From Bugula neritina (taxonomy: Eukaryota; Animalia; Bryozoa), in assembly GCA_964035545.1 (NCBI GenBank), contig OZ037767.1, positions 17,886,259-17,950,258 on the forward strand: a stretch of DNA of 64,000 nt, read 5' to 3'. The stretch's first letter is position 1. Each line of letters begins with the position of its first letter. The position numbers were made by a program, and so were the translations under genes. This document shows positions 40,301 to 58,300 of this stretch, piece after piece. The notes beneath the pieces are model-generated. The model was not told where the DNA came from. It saw only the letters and a list, made by a program, of their open reading frames with translations, and made no database searches.

Positions 40301-43300
40301 TAAAATACACCGCAACATTCTGCAACATACTTCAACATACTGGAATACACTGTAACATAATGAAAGACCTTACAACTAACTGAAGTATAGTGCAATATAC
40401 AAAAATGTATTGTAACATACTTATATTTACTGTACCACACTTAAATATACTGCATCATACCGAAATAAGCTGCGACATACTGCAACATACTGAAATACAC
40501 TGCAACATACTAAAATACACTTCAACATACTAAATTACACTGCAACATTCTGCAACATACTTCAACATACTGAAATACACCGTAACATAATGACATACAC
40601 TGCAACACATTGAAATATACTGCAACAAACTGAAATGTACTGCAACATACTGAAATACACTGCAACATATCGAAGTCTATCGTAATATACGGACATGTAC
40701 TGTAACATACTGAAACACACTGAAACATACTGAAACATACTGAAACATACTGAAACATACTGCAACATACTGAAATACACTGTAACATACTGTAACATAC
40801 TGAAATACACTGTAACTTATTGAAATACACTGCAACACATTGAAATATACTGCAACACACCGAAACATACGGCAACATACTGAAATATGATGTAGCATAC
40901 TGAAATACACTGAAACACACTGAAGTATACTGTAATATACACAAATGTACTGTAACAAACTGAAACATACGTCAACATACTGAAATGTACTGCACCATAC
41001 TGAAATACACTGTAATTTACTGTAACATACTGAAATACACTGCAACAAACTGCAACATACTGAAGTACCCTGTACATATTGAAAAACACTGCAACACACT
41101 GAAATATACTGCAACACACTGAAATACACTGCAAAATACTGAAATATACTTCAACATACTGCAACATACTGAAAGACACTACAACTAACTGAAGTATAGT
41201 GCAATATACAGAAATGTACTGTAACATACTGATATTTACTGTAACACACTTAAATATAGTGCAACACACTGAAATATACTGCAACATACCGAAATATACT
41301 GCAACATACTGCAACATACTGAAATACACTGTAACATACTGTAACATACTGAAATACACTGCAACAAACTGCAACATACTGAAGTACACTGTAAAATTAT
41401 GAAATACACTGCAACACATTGGAATATAGTGCAACACACTGAAATAAACTGTAACATACCTAAATAAACTGCAGCATACTGCAACATACTGAAGTACACT
41501 GTAAAATTATGAAATACACTGCAACACATTGGAATATAGTGCAACGCACTGAAATATACTGTAACATACCTAAATAACCTGCAACATTCTGCAACATACT
41601 TCAACATACTGAAATGCACTGTAACATAATTAAATACACTGCAACATACTGCAACATATTGAAGTACACTGTAAAATATTGAAATACACTGCAACACATT
41701 GGAATATACTGCAACACACTGAAATATACTGCAACATACTGAAATATACTGCAACATACTGTAACATACTGAAATACACTGTAACAAACTGAAATACACT
41801 GCAACACATTGGAATATTCTGCAACATACCCAAATAAATGGTAATATACTGAAATATACTGAAATACACTGTAACACAATGAAAAATACTGCAACATACT
41901 GGAGTATAGTGTAATATACGGAAAAATACTGCAACATACTGAAATACACTGTAACATACTGAAATACACTGCAACATACTGAAATACCCTGCTACATACT
42001 GAAATATACTGCAGGATACTGCAACATACTGAAATACAGTGTAACATACTGAAATACACTGCAACATACTGCATTATACTGACGTACACTGGAACATATT
42101 GAAATACACTGCAACAAATTGAAGTATACTGCAACACACTGAAACATACGGCAACATACTCAAATGTACTGCAACATACTGAAATACACTGCAACATACT
42201 GCATTATACTGACATACACTGAAACATATTGAAACACACTGCAACACATTGAAATATACTGCAACACACCGAAACATACGGCAACATACTGAAATATGCT
42301 GTAGCACACTGAAATACACTGCAACACACGGAAGTATACTGTAATATAGAGAAATGTACTGTAACAAACTGAAACATCTGTCAACATACTGAAATACACT
42401 GCCACATACTGAAATATACAGCAACATACTGCAACATTCTTACATACGCTGTAACATACTGAAATACACTGCAACATACTACAACATATTGAAATACACT
42501 GCAACACATTGGAATATACTGCAACATACTGAACTATACTGCAAGATACTGCAATATACCGAAATACACTGTAACGTACTGAAAGACACAGCAACATACT
42601 GCATTATATTGACATACACTGAAACATATTGAAATACACTGCAACAAATTGAAGTATACTGCAACACACTGAAACATACGGCAACATACTGAAATAGACT
42701 GTAACACATTGAAAAACCCTGCAACATTCTGCAACATACTGAAATACACTGTAACATACTGAAACACACTGCAACATACTACAACATACTGAAATACACT
42801 GTAACATATTGAAATACACTGCAACACATTGAAATATACTGGAACACACTGAGACATACGGCAACATACTGTAATATACTGTAACACATTGAAAAACCCT
42901 GCAACATTCTGCAACATACTGAAATACACTGTAACATACTGAAATACACTGCAACATACTACAACATACTGAAATACACTGTAACATATTGAAATACACT
43001 GCAACACATTGAAATATACTGCAACACACTGAAACATACGGCAACATGCTGAAATATACTGCGACACATTGCAATATACTGCAAGATACTGCAACATACT
43101 GAAATACAGTGTAACATACTGAAATACACTGCAACATACTGCATTATACTGACATACACTGGAACATATTGAAATACACTGCAACAAATTGAAGTATACT
43201 GCAACACACTGAAACATACGGCAACATACTCAAATATACTGCAACATACTGAAATACACTGCCACATACTGAAATATACAGCAACATACTGCATTATTCT

Positions 43301-46300
43301 TACATACGCTGTAGCATACTGAAATACACTGCAACATACTACAGCATTTTGAAATACACTGCAACACATTGGAATATACTGCAACATACTGAACTATACT
43401 GCAAGATACTGCAATATACTGAAATACACTGTAACATACTGAAATACACAGCAACATACTGCATCATATTGACATACACTGAAACATATTGAAATACACT
43501 GCAACAAACTAAAGTATACTGCAACACACTGAAACATACGGCAACATACTGAAATACACTGTAACACATTGAAAAACCCTGCAACATTCTGCAACATACT
43601 GAAATACACTGTAACATACTGAAATACACTGCAACATACTACAACATACTGAAATACACTGTAACATATTGAAATACACAGCAACACATTGAAATATACT
43701 GGAACACACTGAAACGTACGGCAACATGCTGAAATATACTGCGACACATTGCAATATACTGCAAGATACTGCAACATACTGAAATACAGTGTAACATACT
43801 GAAATACGCTGCAACATACTGCATTATACTGACATACACTGGAACATAATGAAATACACTGCAACAAATTGAAGTATACTGCAACACACTGAAACATACG
43901 GCAACATACTCAAATATACTGCAACATACTGAAATACACTGCAACATACTGCATTATACTGACATACACTGAAACATATTAAAATACACTGCAACAAATT
44001 GAAGTATACTGCAACACACTGAAACATACAGCAACATGCTGTAATATACTGTAACACATTGAAAAACACTGCAAAATACTGAAAAATGCTGTAGCGCACT
44101 AAAATACACTGTAACATAATGAAATGCACTGCAACACATTGAAATATACTGCAACACATTGAAATATACTGCAACACACTGCAACTTACTGAAATACACT
44201 GTAACATACTGAAATACACTGCAAAACACTACAACATACTGAAATAGACTCTAACATATTGAAATACACTGCAACACATTGAAATATACTGCAACATACC
44301 GAAATATGTGGTAAACTACTGAAATATACTGTAACACATAGAAAAACACTGCAATATACTGAAACATACTGTAACACACTGAAATATACTGCGACATACT
44401 GAAAAACACTGTAACATACTCAAATATACTGCAACACATTGAAATATACTGCAACATACTGAATATAATGAACGATACTGCAACATACCGAAATACACTG
44501 TGACATACTGAGATACACTGCAACATACTGCAACATACTGCAACACACGGAAGTTTGCTGTAACATATTGAAATGCACCGCAACATACTGAAATACACTG
44601 CAACTTATTGAAATATACTGCAACATACCGAAATATATGGTAAACTACTGAAATATACTGTAACACATAGAAAAATACTGCAATATACTGAAATATACTG
44701 TAACACACTGAAATATACTGCAACATACTGAAATACACTGTAACATACTGAAACATACTGCAACATACTGAAACACACTGCAACATACTACAACATATTG
44801 AAATACACTGCAACACACTGAAATATACTGCAACATACCTAAAAATACGATAATATACTGAAATATACTGTAAAACATTGAAAAATACTGCAACATACTG
44901 GAGTATACTGCAAGATACCGCAACATACTGAATTGCACTTTAACATACTGAAATACACTGCAACATACTGACTTATACTGACATACACTGGAACATATTG
45001 AAATACACTGCAACAAATTGAAGTATACTGCAACACACTGAATTACGGTGTAACATATTGAAATACACTGCAATACATTGGAATATACTGCAACACACTG
45101 AAACATACTGCAACATACTGAAATATACTGCAACATATCGAAGTATATGGTAATATTTGGACATGTACTGTAACGTACTGAAACATACTGAAACATACTA
45201 AAATATACTGAAACATACTAAAATATACTGGAACATACCGAAACATACTGCAGCATAATGACATATACTGTACCACACTGAAATGTACGGCAAAATACTG
45301 AAATACACTGTAACATACTGAAACATACTGCAACATAGTGAAATACACTGCAACATACTACAACATATTGAAATACACTGCAACACATTGAAATATACTG
45401 CAACATACCTAAATATACGATAATATACTGAAATATACTGTAACACATTGAAAAATACTGCAACATACTGGAATGTACTGCAAGATACTGCAACACACTG
45501 AAATACACTTTAACATACTGAAATACACTTCAACATACTGACTTATACTGACATACACTGGAACATATTGAGATACACTGCAACAAATTGAAGTATACTG
45601 CAACACACTGAGACATACGGCAAATTGCTGAAATATACTGCGACACTTTGAAATATACTGCAACATACTGCAATATACTGGAATATAATGCAAGATACTG
45701 CAACATACTGAAATACACTGTGACATACTGAGATACACTGCAACATACTGCAACATACTGCAACATACTGAAATACACTGTAACATATTGAAATACACTG
45801 CAATACATTGAAATATACTGCAACACACTGAAACATACTGCAACATACTGAAATTTACCGCAACATATCGAAGTATATCGTAATATACGGACATGTACTG
45901 TAACATACTGAAACATACTGAAACATACTAAAATATACTGGAACATACCGAAACATACTGCAACATAATGAAATATACTGTACCACCAAATGTACTGTAA
46001 CATATTGGAATATACTGTAACACACTGAAATATACTGCAACATATTGAAATACACTGTAACATAATGAAATATACTGCAACATACTGCAACATACTGCAA
46101 CATACTGAAATACACTGTAACATACTGAAATACACTGCAACATACAACATAGTGAAATACACTGCAACATACTGAAATATACTGTGACACACTGAAAGAG
46201 ACTGCAACACACTGAAATACACTGTAACATACTGAAATACACTGCAACATACTGAAATACCCTGCTACATACTGAAATATACTGCAAGATAATACATCAT

Positions 46301-49300
46301 ATTGAAATACACTGCAACACATTGAAATATACTGCAACATACCTAAATATATGGTAATATACTGAAATATACTGTAACATACTGAAATATACTGCAAGAT
46401 ACTGCAACATACTGAAATGCACTTCAACATACTGAAATACACTGCAACATACTGACTTATACCAACATACACTGGAACATATTGAAATACACTGCAACAA
46501 ATTGAAGTATGCTGCAACACACTGAAACATACGGCAACATGCTGAAATATACAGCGACGCATTGAAATATACTGCAACATACTGCAATATACTGAAATAT
46601 AATGCAAGATACTGCAACATACTGAAATACACTGTGACATACTGAGATACACTGCAACATACTGCAACATACTGAAATACACTGTAACTTATTGAAATAC
46701 ACTGCAACACATTGAAATATACTGCAACACACCGAAACATACGGCAATATACTGAAATATGATGTAGCATACTGAAATACACTGCAACACACTGAAGTAT
46801 ACTGTAATATACACAAATGTACTGTAACAAACTGAAACATACGTCAACATACTGAAATGTACTGCACCATACTGAAATACACTGTAATATACTGAATTAC
46901 ACTGCAACATACTGCAACATACTGAAATACGCTGTAACATATTGAAATACACTGCAACACATTGAAATATACTGTAACTCAATGAAATATAGTGTAATCA
47001 ACGGAAATGTACTGTAACATACTGAAACATACTAAAATATACCGGAGCATACCGAAACGTACTGCAACATACTGAAATATACTGCGAGATACTGCAACAT
47101 ACTGAAATACACTGTAACATACTGAAATACACTGCAACATACTGCAACATACTGAATTACAGTGTAACATATTGAAATACACTGCAATACATTGAAATAT
47201 ACTGCAACACGCTGAAACATACTGCAGCATACTGAAATATACTGCAACAGATCGAAATGTATCGTAATATACGGACATGTACTGTAACATACTGAAACAT
47301 AACGAAACATACTAAAATATACTGGAACATACCGGAACATACTGCAACATAATGAAATATACTGTACCACACTGAAATATACGGCAAAATACTGAAATAT
47401 ACTTCAACATACTGAAATATACTGCAACATACTGCAACACACGGAAGTTTGCTGTAACATGTTAAAATGCACGGCAACATACTGAAATACACTGCAACAA
47501 ACCTAAATATATGGGAATATACTGAAATATACTGTACTACGTTGAAAACCCTGCAACATTCTGCAACATACTGAAATACACTGTAACATACTGAAATACA
47601 CTGCAACATACTACAACATACTGAAATACACTGTAACATATTGAAATACACTGCAACACATTGAAATATACTGCAACACACTGAAACATACGGCAACATG
47701 CAGAAATATACTGCGACACATTGCAATATACTGCAAGATACTGCAACATACTGAAATACAGTGTAACATACTGAAATACACTGCAACATACTGCATTATA
47801 CTGACATACACTGGAACATATTGAAATACACTGCAACAAATTGAAGTATACTGCAACACACTGAAACATACGGCAACATACTCAAATATACTGCAACATA
47901 CTGAAATACACTGCAACATACTGCATTATACTGACATACACTGAAACATATTGAAACACACTGCAACAAATTGAAGTATACTGCAACACACTGAGACATA
48001 CAGCAACATGCTGAAATATACTGTAACACATTGAAAAACACTGCAAAATACTGAAAAATGCTGTAGCGCACTAAAATACACTGTAACATATTGAAATGCA
48101 CTGCAACACATTGAAATATACTGCAACACATTGAAATATACTGCAACACACTGCAACTTACTAAAATACACTGTAACATACTGAAATACACTGCAAAATA
48201 CTACGACATACTGAAATACACTGTAACATTCTGCAACATACTTCAACATACTGAAATACACCGTAACATAATGAAATACACTGCAACACATTGAAATATA
48301 CTGCAACAAACTGAAATATACTGCAACATACTGAAATGTACTGCAACATACTGAAATACACTGCAACGTATCGAAGTCTGACGTAATACACGGACATGTA
48401 CTGTAACATACTGAAACACACTGAAACATACTGAAACATATTGAAACATACTGAAACATACTGCAACATACTGAAATACACTGTAACATACTGTAACATA
48501 CTGAAATACACTGCAACAAACTGCAACATACTGAAGTACCCTGTACATATTGAAAAACACTGCAACACACTGAAATATACTGCAACACACTGAAATACAC
48601 TGCAAAATACTGAAATATACTTCAACATACTGCAACATGCTGAAAGACACTACAACTAACTGAAGTATAGTGCAATATACAGAAATGTACTGTAACATAC
48701 TGATATTTACTGTAACACACTTAAATATAGTGCAACACTGAAATATACTGCAACATATTGAAATATACTGCAACATACTGCAACATACTGAAATACACTG
48801 TAACATACTGTAACATACTGAAATACACTGCAACAAACTGCAACATACTGAAGTACACTGTAAAATTATGAAATACACTGCAACATTCTGCAACATACTT
48901 CAACATACTGAAATGCACTGTAACATAATTAAATACACTGCAACATACTGCAACATATTGAAGTACACTGTAAAATATTGAAATACACTGCAACACATTG
49001 GAATATACTGCAACACACTGAAATATACTGCAACATACTGAAATATACTGCAACATACTGCAACATACTGAAATACACTGTAACAAACTGAAATACACTG
49101 CAACACATTGGAATAATCTGCAACATACCCAAATACATGGTAATATACTGAAATATACTGCAACATACCACAACATACTGAAAAAAACTGTAACAAACTG
49201 AAATACGCTGCAACACATTGGAATATGTTACAACATACCCAAATAAATGGTAATATACGGAAATATACTGAATTACACTGTAACACATTGAAAAATACTG

Positions 49301-52300
49301 CAACATACTGAAGTACAGTGTAATATATGGAAATATACTGCAACATACTGAAATACACTGTAACATACAGAAATACACTGCAACATACTGAAATACCCTG
49401 CTACATACTGAAATATACTGCAGGATACTGCAACATACTGAAATACAGTGTAACCTACTGAAATACACTGCAACATACTGCATTATACTGACGTACACTG
49501 GAACATATTGAAATACACTGCAACAAATTGAAGTATACTGCAACACACTGAAACATTTGGCAACATACTCAAATATACTGCAACATACTGAAATACACTG
49601 CAACATACTGCATTATACTGACATACACTGAAACATATTGAAAAACACTGCAACACATTGAAAAATACTGCAACACACCGAAACATACGGCAACATACTG
49701 AAATATGCTCTAGCATACTGAAATACACTGCAACACACTGAAGTATACTGTAATATAGAGAAATGTACTGTAACAAACTTAAACATCTGTCAACATACTG
49801 AAATACACTGCCACATACTGAAATATACAGCAACATACTGCAACATTCTTACATACGCTGTAACATACTGAAATACACTGCAACATACTACAACATATTG
49901 AAATATACTGCAACACATTGGAATATACTGCAACATACTGAACTATACTGCAAGATACTGCAATATACTGAAATACACTGTAACATACTGAAATACACAG
50001 CAACTTACTGCATTATATTGACATACACTGAAACATATTGAAATACACTGCAACAAATTGAAGTATACTGCAACACACTGAAATATACGGCAACATACTG
50101 AAATATACTGTAACACATTGAAAAACCCTGCAACATTCTGCAACATACTGAAATACACTGTAACATACTGAAATACACTGCAACATACTACAACATACTG
50201 AAATACACTGTAACATATTGAAATACACTGCAACACATTGAAATATACTGGAACACACTGAGACATACGGCAACATACTGAAATATACTGTAACACATTG
50301 AAAAACCCTGCAACATTCTGCAACATACTGAAATACACTGTAACATACTGAAATACACTGCAACATACTACAACATACTGAATAACACTGCAACATACTG
50401 CATTATACTGACATACACTGGAACATATTGAAATACACTGCAACAAATTGAAGTATACTGCAACACACTGAAACATACGGCAACATACTCAAATATACTG
50501 CAGCATACTGAAATACACTGCAACATACTGCATTATACTGACATACACTGAAACATATTGAAATACACTGCAACAAATTGAAGTATACTGCAACACACTG
50601 AAACATACAGCAACATGCTGAAATATACTGTAACACATTGAAAAACACTGCAAAATACTGAAAAATGCTGTTGCGCACTAAAGTACAGTGTAACACACTG
50701 AAACATACTGAAACACACTGCAACATACTGCAACATACTACAACATACTGCAACATACTGCAACATACTGAATTACAGTGTAACATATTGAAATACACTG
50801 CAAAATACTACAACATACTGAAATACACTGTAACATATCGAAATACACTGCAACACATTGAAATATACTGCAACATACCGAAATATATGGTAAACTACTG
50901 AAATCTACTGTAACACATAGAAAAACACTGCAATATACTGAAATATACTGTAACACACTGAAATACACTGCAACATACTCAAATATACTGCAACACATTG
51001 AAATATACTGCAACATACTGAAATATAATGCACGATACTGCAACATACTGAAATACACTGTGACATACTGAGATACACTGCAACATACTGCAACATACTG
51101 CAACACACGGAAGTTTGCTGTAACATATTGAAATGCACCGCAACATACTGAAATACACTGCAACTCATTGAAATATACTGCACAATACCGAAATATATGG
51201 TAAACTACTGAAATATACTGTAACACATAGAAAAATACTGCAATATACTGAAATATACTGTAACACACTGAAATATACTGCAACATACTGAAATACACTG
51301 TAACATACTGAAACATACTGCAACATACTGAAATACACTGCAACATACTACAACATATTGAAATACACTGCAACACACTGAAATATACTGCAACATACCT
51401 AAAAATACGATAATATACTGAAATATACTGTAAAACATTGAAAAATACTGCAACATACTGGAGTATACTGCAAGATACCGCAACATACTGAATTGCACTT
51501 TAACATACTGAAATACACTGCAACATACTGACTTATACTGACATACACTGGAACATATTGCAATACACTGCAACAAATTGAAGTATACTGCAACACACTG
51601 AAGTATACTGTAATATACAGAAATGTACTGTAACAAACTGAAATACACTGCAACACACTGAAGTATACTGTAATTTACAGAAATGTACTGTAACAAACTG
51701 AAAGATACGTATACATACTGAAATACACTGCCACATACTGAAATACACTGCTACATACTGAAATTTACTGCAACATACTGCAACATACTGAAATACACTG
51801 CAACATACTACAACATATTGAAATAGACTGCAACACATTGAAATATACTGCAACATACTTAAATATACGATAATATACTGAAATATACTGTAAAACATTG
51901 AAAAATACTGCAACATACTGGAGTATACTGCAAGATACCGCAACATACTGAAATACACTTTAACATACTGAAATACACTTCAACATACTGACTTATACTG
52001 ACAAACACTGGAACATATTGAGATACACTGCAACATACTGCAACATACTGCAACATGCTGGATTACGGTGTAACATATTGAAATACACTGCAATACATTG
52101 GAATATACTGCAACACACTGAAACATACTGCAACATACTGAAATATACCGCAACATATCGAAGTATATCGTAATATACGGACATGTACTGTAACATACTG
52201 AAACATACTGAAACATACTATAATATACTGGAACATACCGAAACATACTGCAACATAATGAAATATACTGTACCACGAAATGTACTGTAACATATTTGAA

Positions 52301-55300
52301 TATACTGTAACACACTGAAATATACTGCAACATATTGAAATACACTGTAACATAATGAAACATACTGCAACATAGTGAAATACACTGCAACATACTACAA
52401 CATATTGAAATACACTGCAACACATTGAAATATACTGCAACATACCTAAATATACGGTAATATACTGAAATATACTGTAACACATTGAAAAATACTGCAA
52501 CATACTGGAATATACTGCAAGATACTGCAACACACTGAAATACACTTTAACATACTGAAACACACTTCAACATACTGACTTATACTGACATACACTGGAA
52601 CATATTGAGATACACTGCAACAAATTGAAGTATACTGCAACACACTGAAACATACGGCAAAATGCTGAAATATACTGCGACACATTGAAATATACTGCAA
52701 CATACTGCAATATACTGGAATATAATGCAAGATACTGCAACATACTGAAATACACTGTGACATACTGAGATACACTGCAACATACTGCAACATACTGCAA
52801 CATACTGAAATACACTGTAACATATTGAAATACACTGCAATACATTGAAATATACTGCAACACACTGAAACATACTGCAACATACTGAAATTTACCGCAA
52901 CATATCGAAGTATATCGTAATATACGGACATGTACTGTAACATACTGAAACATACTGAAACATACTAAAATATACTGGAACATACCGAAACATACTGCAA
53001 CATAATGAAATATACTGTACCACGAAATGTACTGTAACATATTGGACTATACTGTAACACACTGAAATATACTGCAACATATTGAAATACACTGTAACAT
53101 AATGAAAAATACTGCAACATACTGCAACATACTGCAACATACTGAAATACACTGTAACATACTGAAATACACTGCAACATACTACAACATAGTGAAATAC
53201 ACTGCAACATACTGAAATATACTGTGACACACTGAAAGAGACTGCAACATACTGAAATACACTGTAACATGCTGAAATACACTGCAACATACTGAAATAC
53301 CCTGCTACATACTGAATTATACTGCAAGATACTACATCATATTGAAATACACTGCAACACATTGAAATATACTGCAACATACCTAAATATATGGTAATAT
53401 ACTGAAATATACTGTAACATACTGAAATATACTGCAAGACACTGCAACATACTGAAATGCACTTTAACATACTGAAATACACTGCAACATACTGACTTAT
53501 ACCAACATACACTGGAACATATTGAAATACACTGCAACAAATTGAAGTATGCTGCAACACACTGAAACATACGGCAACATGCTGAAATATACAGCGACAC
53601 ATTGAAATATACTGCAACATACTGCAATATACTGAAATATAATGCAAGATACTGCAACATACTGAAATACACTGTGACATACTCAGATACACTGCAACAT
53701 ACTGCAACATACTGAAATACACTGTAACTTATTGAAATACACTGCAACACATTGAAATATACTGCAACACACCGAAACATACGGCAACATACTGAAATAT
53801 GATGTAGCATACTGAAATACACTGCAACACACTGAAGTATACTGTAATATACACAAATGTACTGTAACAAACTGAAACATACGTCAACATACTGAAATGT
53901 ACTGCACCATACTGAAATACACTGTAATATACTGAATTACACTGCAACATACTGCAACATACTGAAATACGCTGTAACATATTGAAATACACTGCAACAC
54001 ATTGAAATATACTGTAACTCACTGAAATATAGTGTAGTCAACGGAAATGTAGTGTAACATACTGAAACATACTGAAACATACTAAAATATACTGGCGCAT
54101 ACCGAAACGTACTGCAACATACTGAAATATACTGCGAGATACTGCAACATACTGAAATACACTGTAACATACTGAAATACACTGCAACACACTGCAACAT
54201 AATGAAATATACTGTACCACACTGAAATATACGGCAAAATACTGAAATATACTTGAACATACTGAAATATACTGCAACATACTGCAACACATTGAAGTTT
54301 GCTGTAACATGTTAAAATGCACGGAAACATACTGAAATACACTGCAACAAACCAAAATATATGGGAATATACTGAAATATACTGTACTACGTTGAAAAAC
54401 CCTGCAACATTCTGCAACATACTGAAATACACTGTAACATACTGAAATACACTGCAACATACTACAACATACTGAAATACACTGTAACATACTGAAATAC
54501 ACTGCAACACATTGAAATATACTGCAACACACTGAAACATACGGCAACATGCAGAAATATACTGCGACACATTGCAATATACTGCAAGATACTGCAACAT
54601 ACTGAAATACAGTGTAACATACTGAAATACACTGCAACATACTGCATTATACTGACATACACTGGAACATATTGAAATACACTGCAACAATTTGAAGTAT
54701 ACTGCAACACACTGAAACATACGGCAACATACTCAAATATACTGCAACATAATGAAATACACTGCAACATACTGCATTATACTGACATACACTGGAACAT
54801 ATTGAAAAACACTGCAACAAATTGAAGTATACTGCAACACACTGAAACATACAGCAACATGCTGAAATATACTGTAACACATTGAAAAACACTGCAAAAT
54901 ACTGAAAAATGCTGTAGCGCACTAAAATACACTGCAACTTACTGAAATACACTGTAACTTTACTGAAATACACTGCAAAATACTACGACATACTGAAAAA
55001 CAGTGTAACATAATTAAATACACTGCAACACATTGAAATATACTGCAACATACCGACAAATATGGTAAACTACTGAAATATACTGTAACACATAGAAAAC
55101 ACTGCAATATACTGAAATATACTGTAACACACTGAAATACTTTGCAACATACTCAAATATACTGCAACACATTGAAATATACTGCAACATACTGAAATAT
55201 AATGCACGATACTGCGACATACTGAAATGCACTGTGACATACTGAGATACACTGCAACATACTGCAACATACTGCAACACACGGAAGTTTGCTGTAACAT

Positions 55301-58300
55301 ATTGAAATGCACCGCAACATACTGAAATACACTGCAACTTATTGAAATATACTGCAACATACCGAAATATATGGTAAACTACTGAAATATACTGTAACAC
55401 ATTGAAAAATACTGCAATATACTGAAATATACTGTAACACACTGAAATATACTGCAACATACTGAAATACACTGTAACTTACTGAAACATACTGCAACAT
55501 ACTGAAATACACTGCAACATACTACAACATATTGAAATACACTGCAACACACTGAAATATACTGCAACATACCTAAAAATACGATAATATACTGAAATAT
55601 ACTGTAAAACATTGAAAAATACTGCAACATATTGGAGTATACTGCAAGATACCGCAACATACTGAATTGCACTTTAAGATACCGAAATACACTGCAACAT
55701 ACTGACTTATACTGACTTACACTGGAACATATTGAAATACACTGCAACAAATTGAAGTATACTGCAACACACTGAAGTATACTGTAATATACAGAAATGT
55801 ACTGTAACAAACTGAAACATAGGTATACATACTGAAATACACTGCCACATACTGAAATACACTGCTACATACTGAAATTTACTGCAACATACTGCAACAT
55901 ACTGAAATACACTGCAACATGCTACAACATATTGAAATAGACTGCAACACATTGAAATATACTTCAACATACTTAAATATACAATAATATACTGAAATAT
56001 ACTGTAAAACATTGAAAAATACTGCAACATACTGGAGTATACTGCAAGATACCGCAACATACTGAAATACACTTTAACATACTGAAATACACTTCAACAT
56101 ACTGACTTATACTGACAAACACTGGAACATATTGAGATACACTGCAACATACTGCAACATACTGCAACATACTGCAACATACTGAATTACGGTGTAACAT
56201 ATTGAAATACACTGCAATACATTGGAATATACTGCAACACACTGAAACATACTGCAACATACTGAAATATACCGCAACATATCGAAGTATATCGTAATAT
56301 ACGGACATGTCCTGCAACATACTGAAACATACTGAAACATACTGAAATATACTGGAACATACCGAAACAAACTGCAACATACTGCAATATACTGGAATAT
56401 ATTGCAAGATACTACAACATAGTGAAATACACTGCAACATACTGAAATATACTGTGACACACTGAAAGAGACTGCAACATACTGAAATACACTGTAACAT
56501 ACTGAAATAGACTGCAACATACTGAAATACCCTGCTACATACTGAAATATACTGCAAGATACTACAACATATTGAAATACTTTGCAACACATTGAAACAT
56601 ACTGCAACATACCTAAATATATGGTAATATACTGAAATATACTGTAACATACTGAAATATACTGAAATATAATGCAAGATACTGCAACATACTGAAATAC
56701 ACTGCAACACACTGAAGTATACTGTAATATACACAAATGTACTGTAACAAACTGAAACATAGGTCAACATACTGAAATGTACTGCACCATACTGAAATAC
56801 ACTGTAATATACTGAATTACACTGCAACATACTGCAACATACTGAAATACGCTGTAACATATTGAAATACACTGCAACACATTGAAATATACTGTAACTC
56901 ATTGAAATATAGTGTAATCAACGGAAATGTACTGTAACATACTGAAACATACTGAAACATACTAAAATATACTGGAGCATATCGAAACGTACTGCAACAT
57001 ACTGAAATATACTGCGAGATACTGCAACATACTGAATTACAATGTAACATACTGAAATACACTGCAACATACTGCAACATACTGCAACATACTGAATTAC
57101 AGTGTAACATATTGAAATACACTGCAATACATTGAAATACACTGCAACACACTGAAACATACTGCAGCATACTGAAATATACTGCAACATATCGAAGTGT
57201 ATCGTAATATACGCACATGTACTATAACATACTGAAACATAACGTAACATACTAAAATATACTGGAACATAGCGGAACATACTGCAACATAATGAAATAT
57301 ACTGTACCACACTGAAATATACGGCAAAATACTGAAATATACTTCAACATACTGAAATATACTGCAACATACTGCAACACACGGAAGTTTGTTGTAACAT
57401 GTTAAAATGCACGGCAACATGCTGAAATACACTGCAACAAACCTAGATATATGGGAATATACTGAAATATACTGTACTACGTTGAAAAACACTGCAACAT
57501 ATTGAAATATGCTGTAGCACAATGAAATACACTGCAACTCACTGAAATATAGTGTAATATGCCGAAATGTACTGTAACATACTGGAATATACTGTAACAC
57601 ACTGAAATGTACTGCAACATACTGAAATACACTGTAACGTTTTAAAATATACTGCAACATACTGAAACACACTGCAAAAAACTACAACATACTGAAATAC
57701 ACTGCAACATACTGAAATATACTGTGACACACTGAAATATACTGCAACATACTGAAATACACTGTAACATACTGAAATACACTGCAACATACTGAAATAC
57801 ACTGCTACATACTGAAATATACTGCAAGATACTGCAACATACTGAAATACAGTGTAACATACTGAAATACACTGCAACATGCTGCATTATACTGACATAC
57901 ACTGGAACATATTGAAATACATTGCAACACATTGAAATATACTGCAACACACCGAAACATACAGCAACATATTGAAATATGCTGTAGCATACTGAAATAC
58001 ACTGCAACACACTGAAGTATACTGTAATATACAGAAATGTACTGTAACAAACTAAAACATACGTCAACATACTGAAATACACTGCCACATACTGAAATAT
58101 ACTGCAAAATACTGAAATATACTGCAACACACTACAACTTACTGAAATACACTGTAACATACTGAAATACACTGCAAAATACTACAATATACTGAAATAC
58201 ACTGTAACATATTGAAATACACTGCAACACATTGAAATATACTGCAACATACCGACATATATGGTAAACTACTGAGATATACTGTAACACACAGAAAAAT

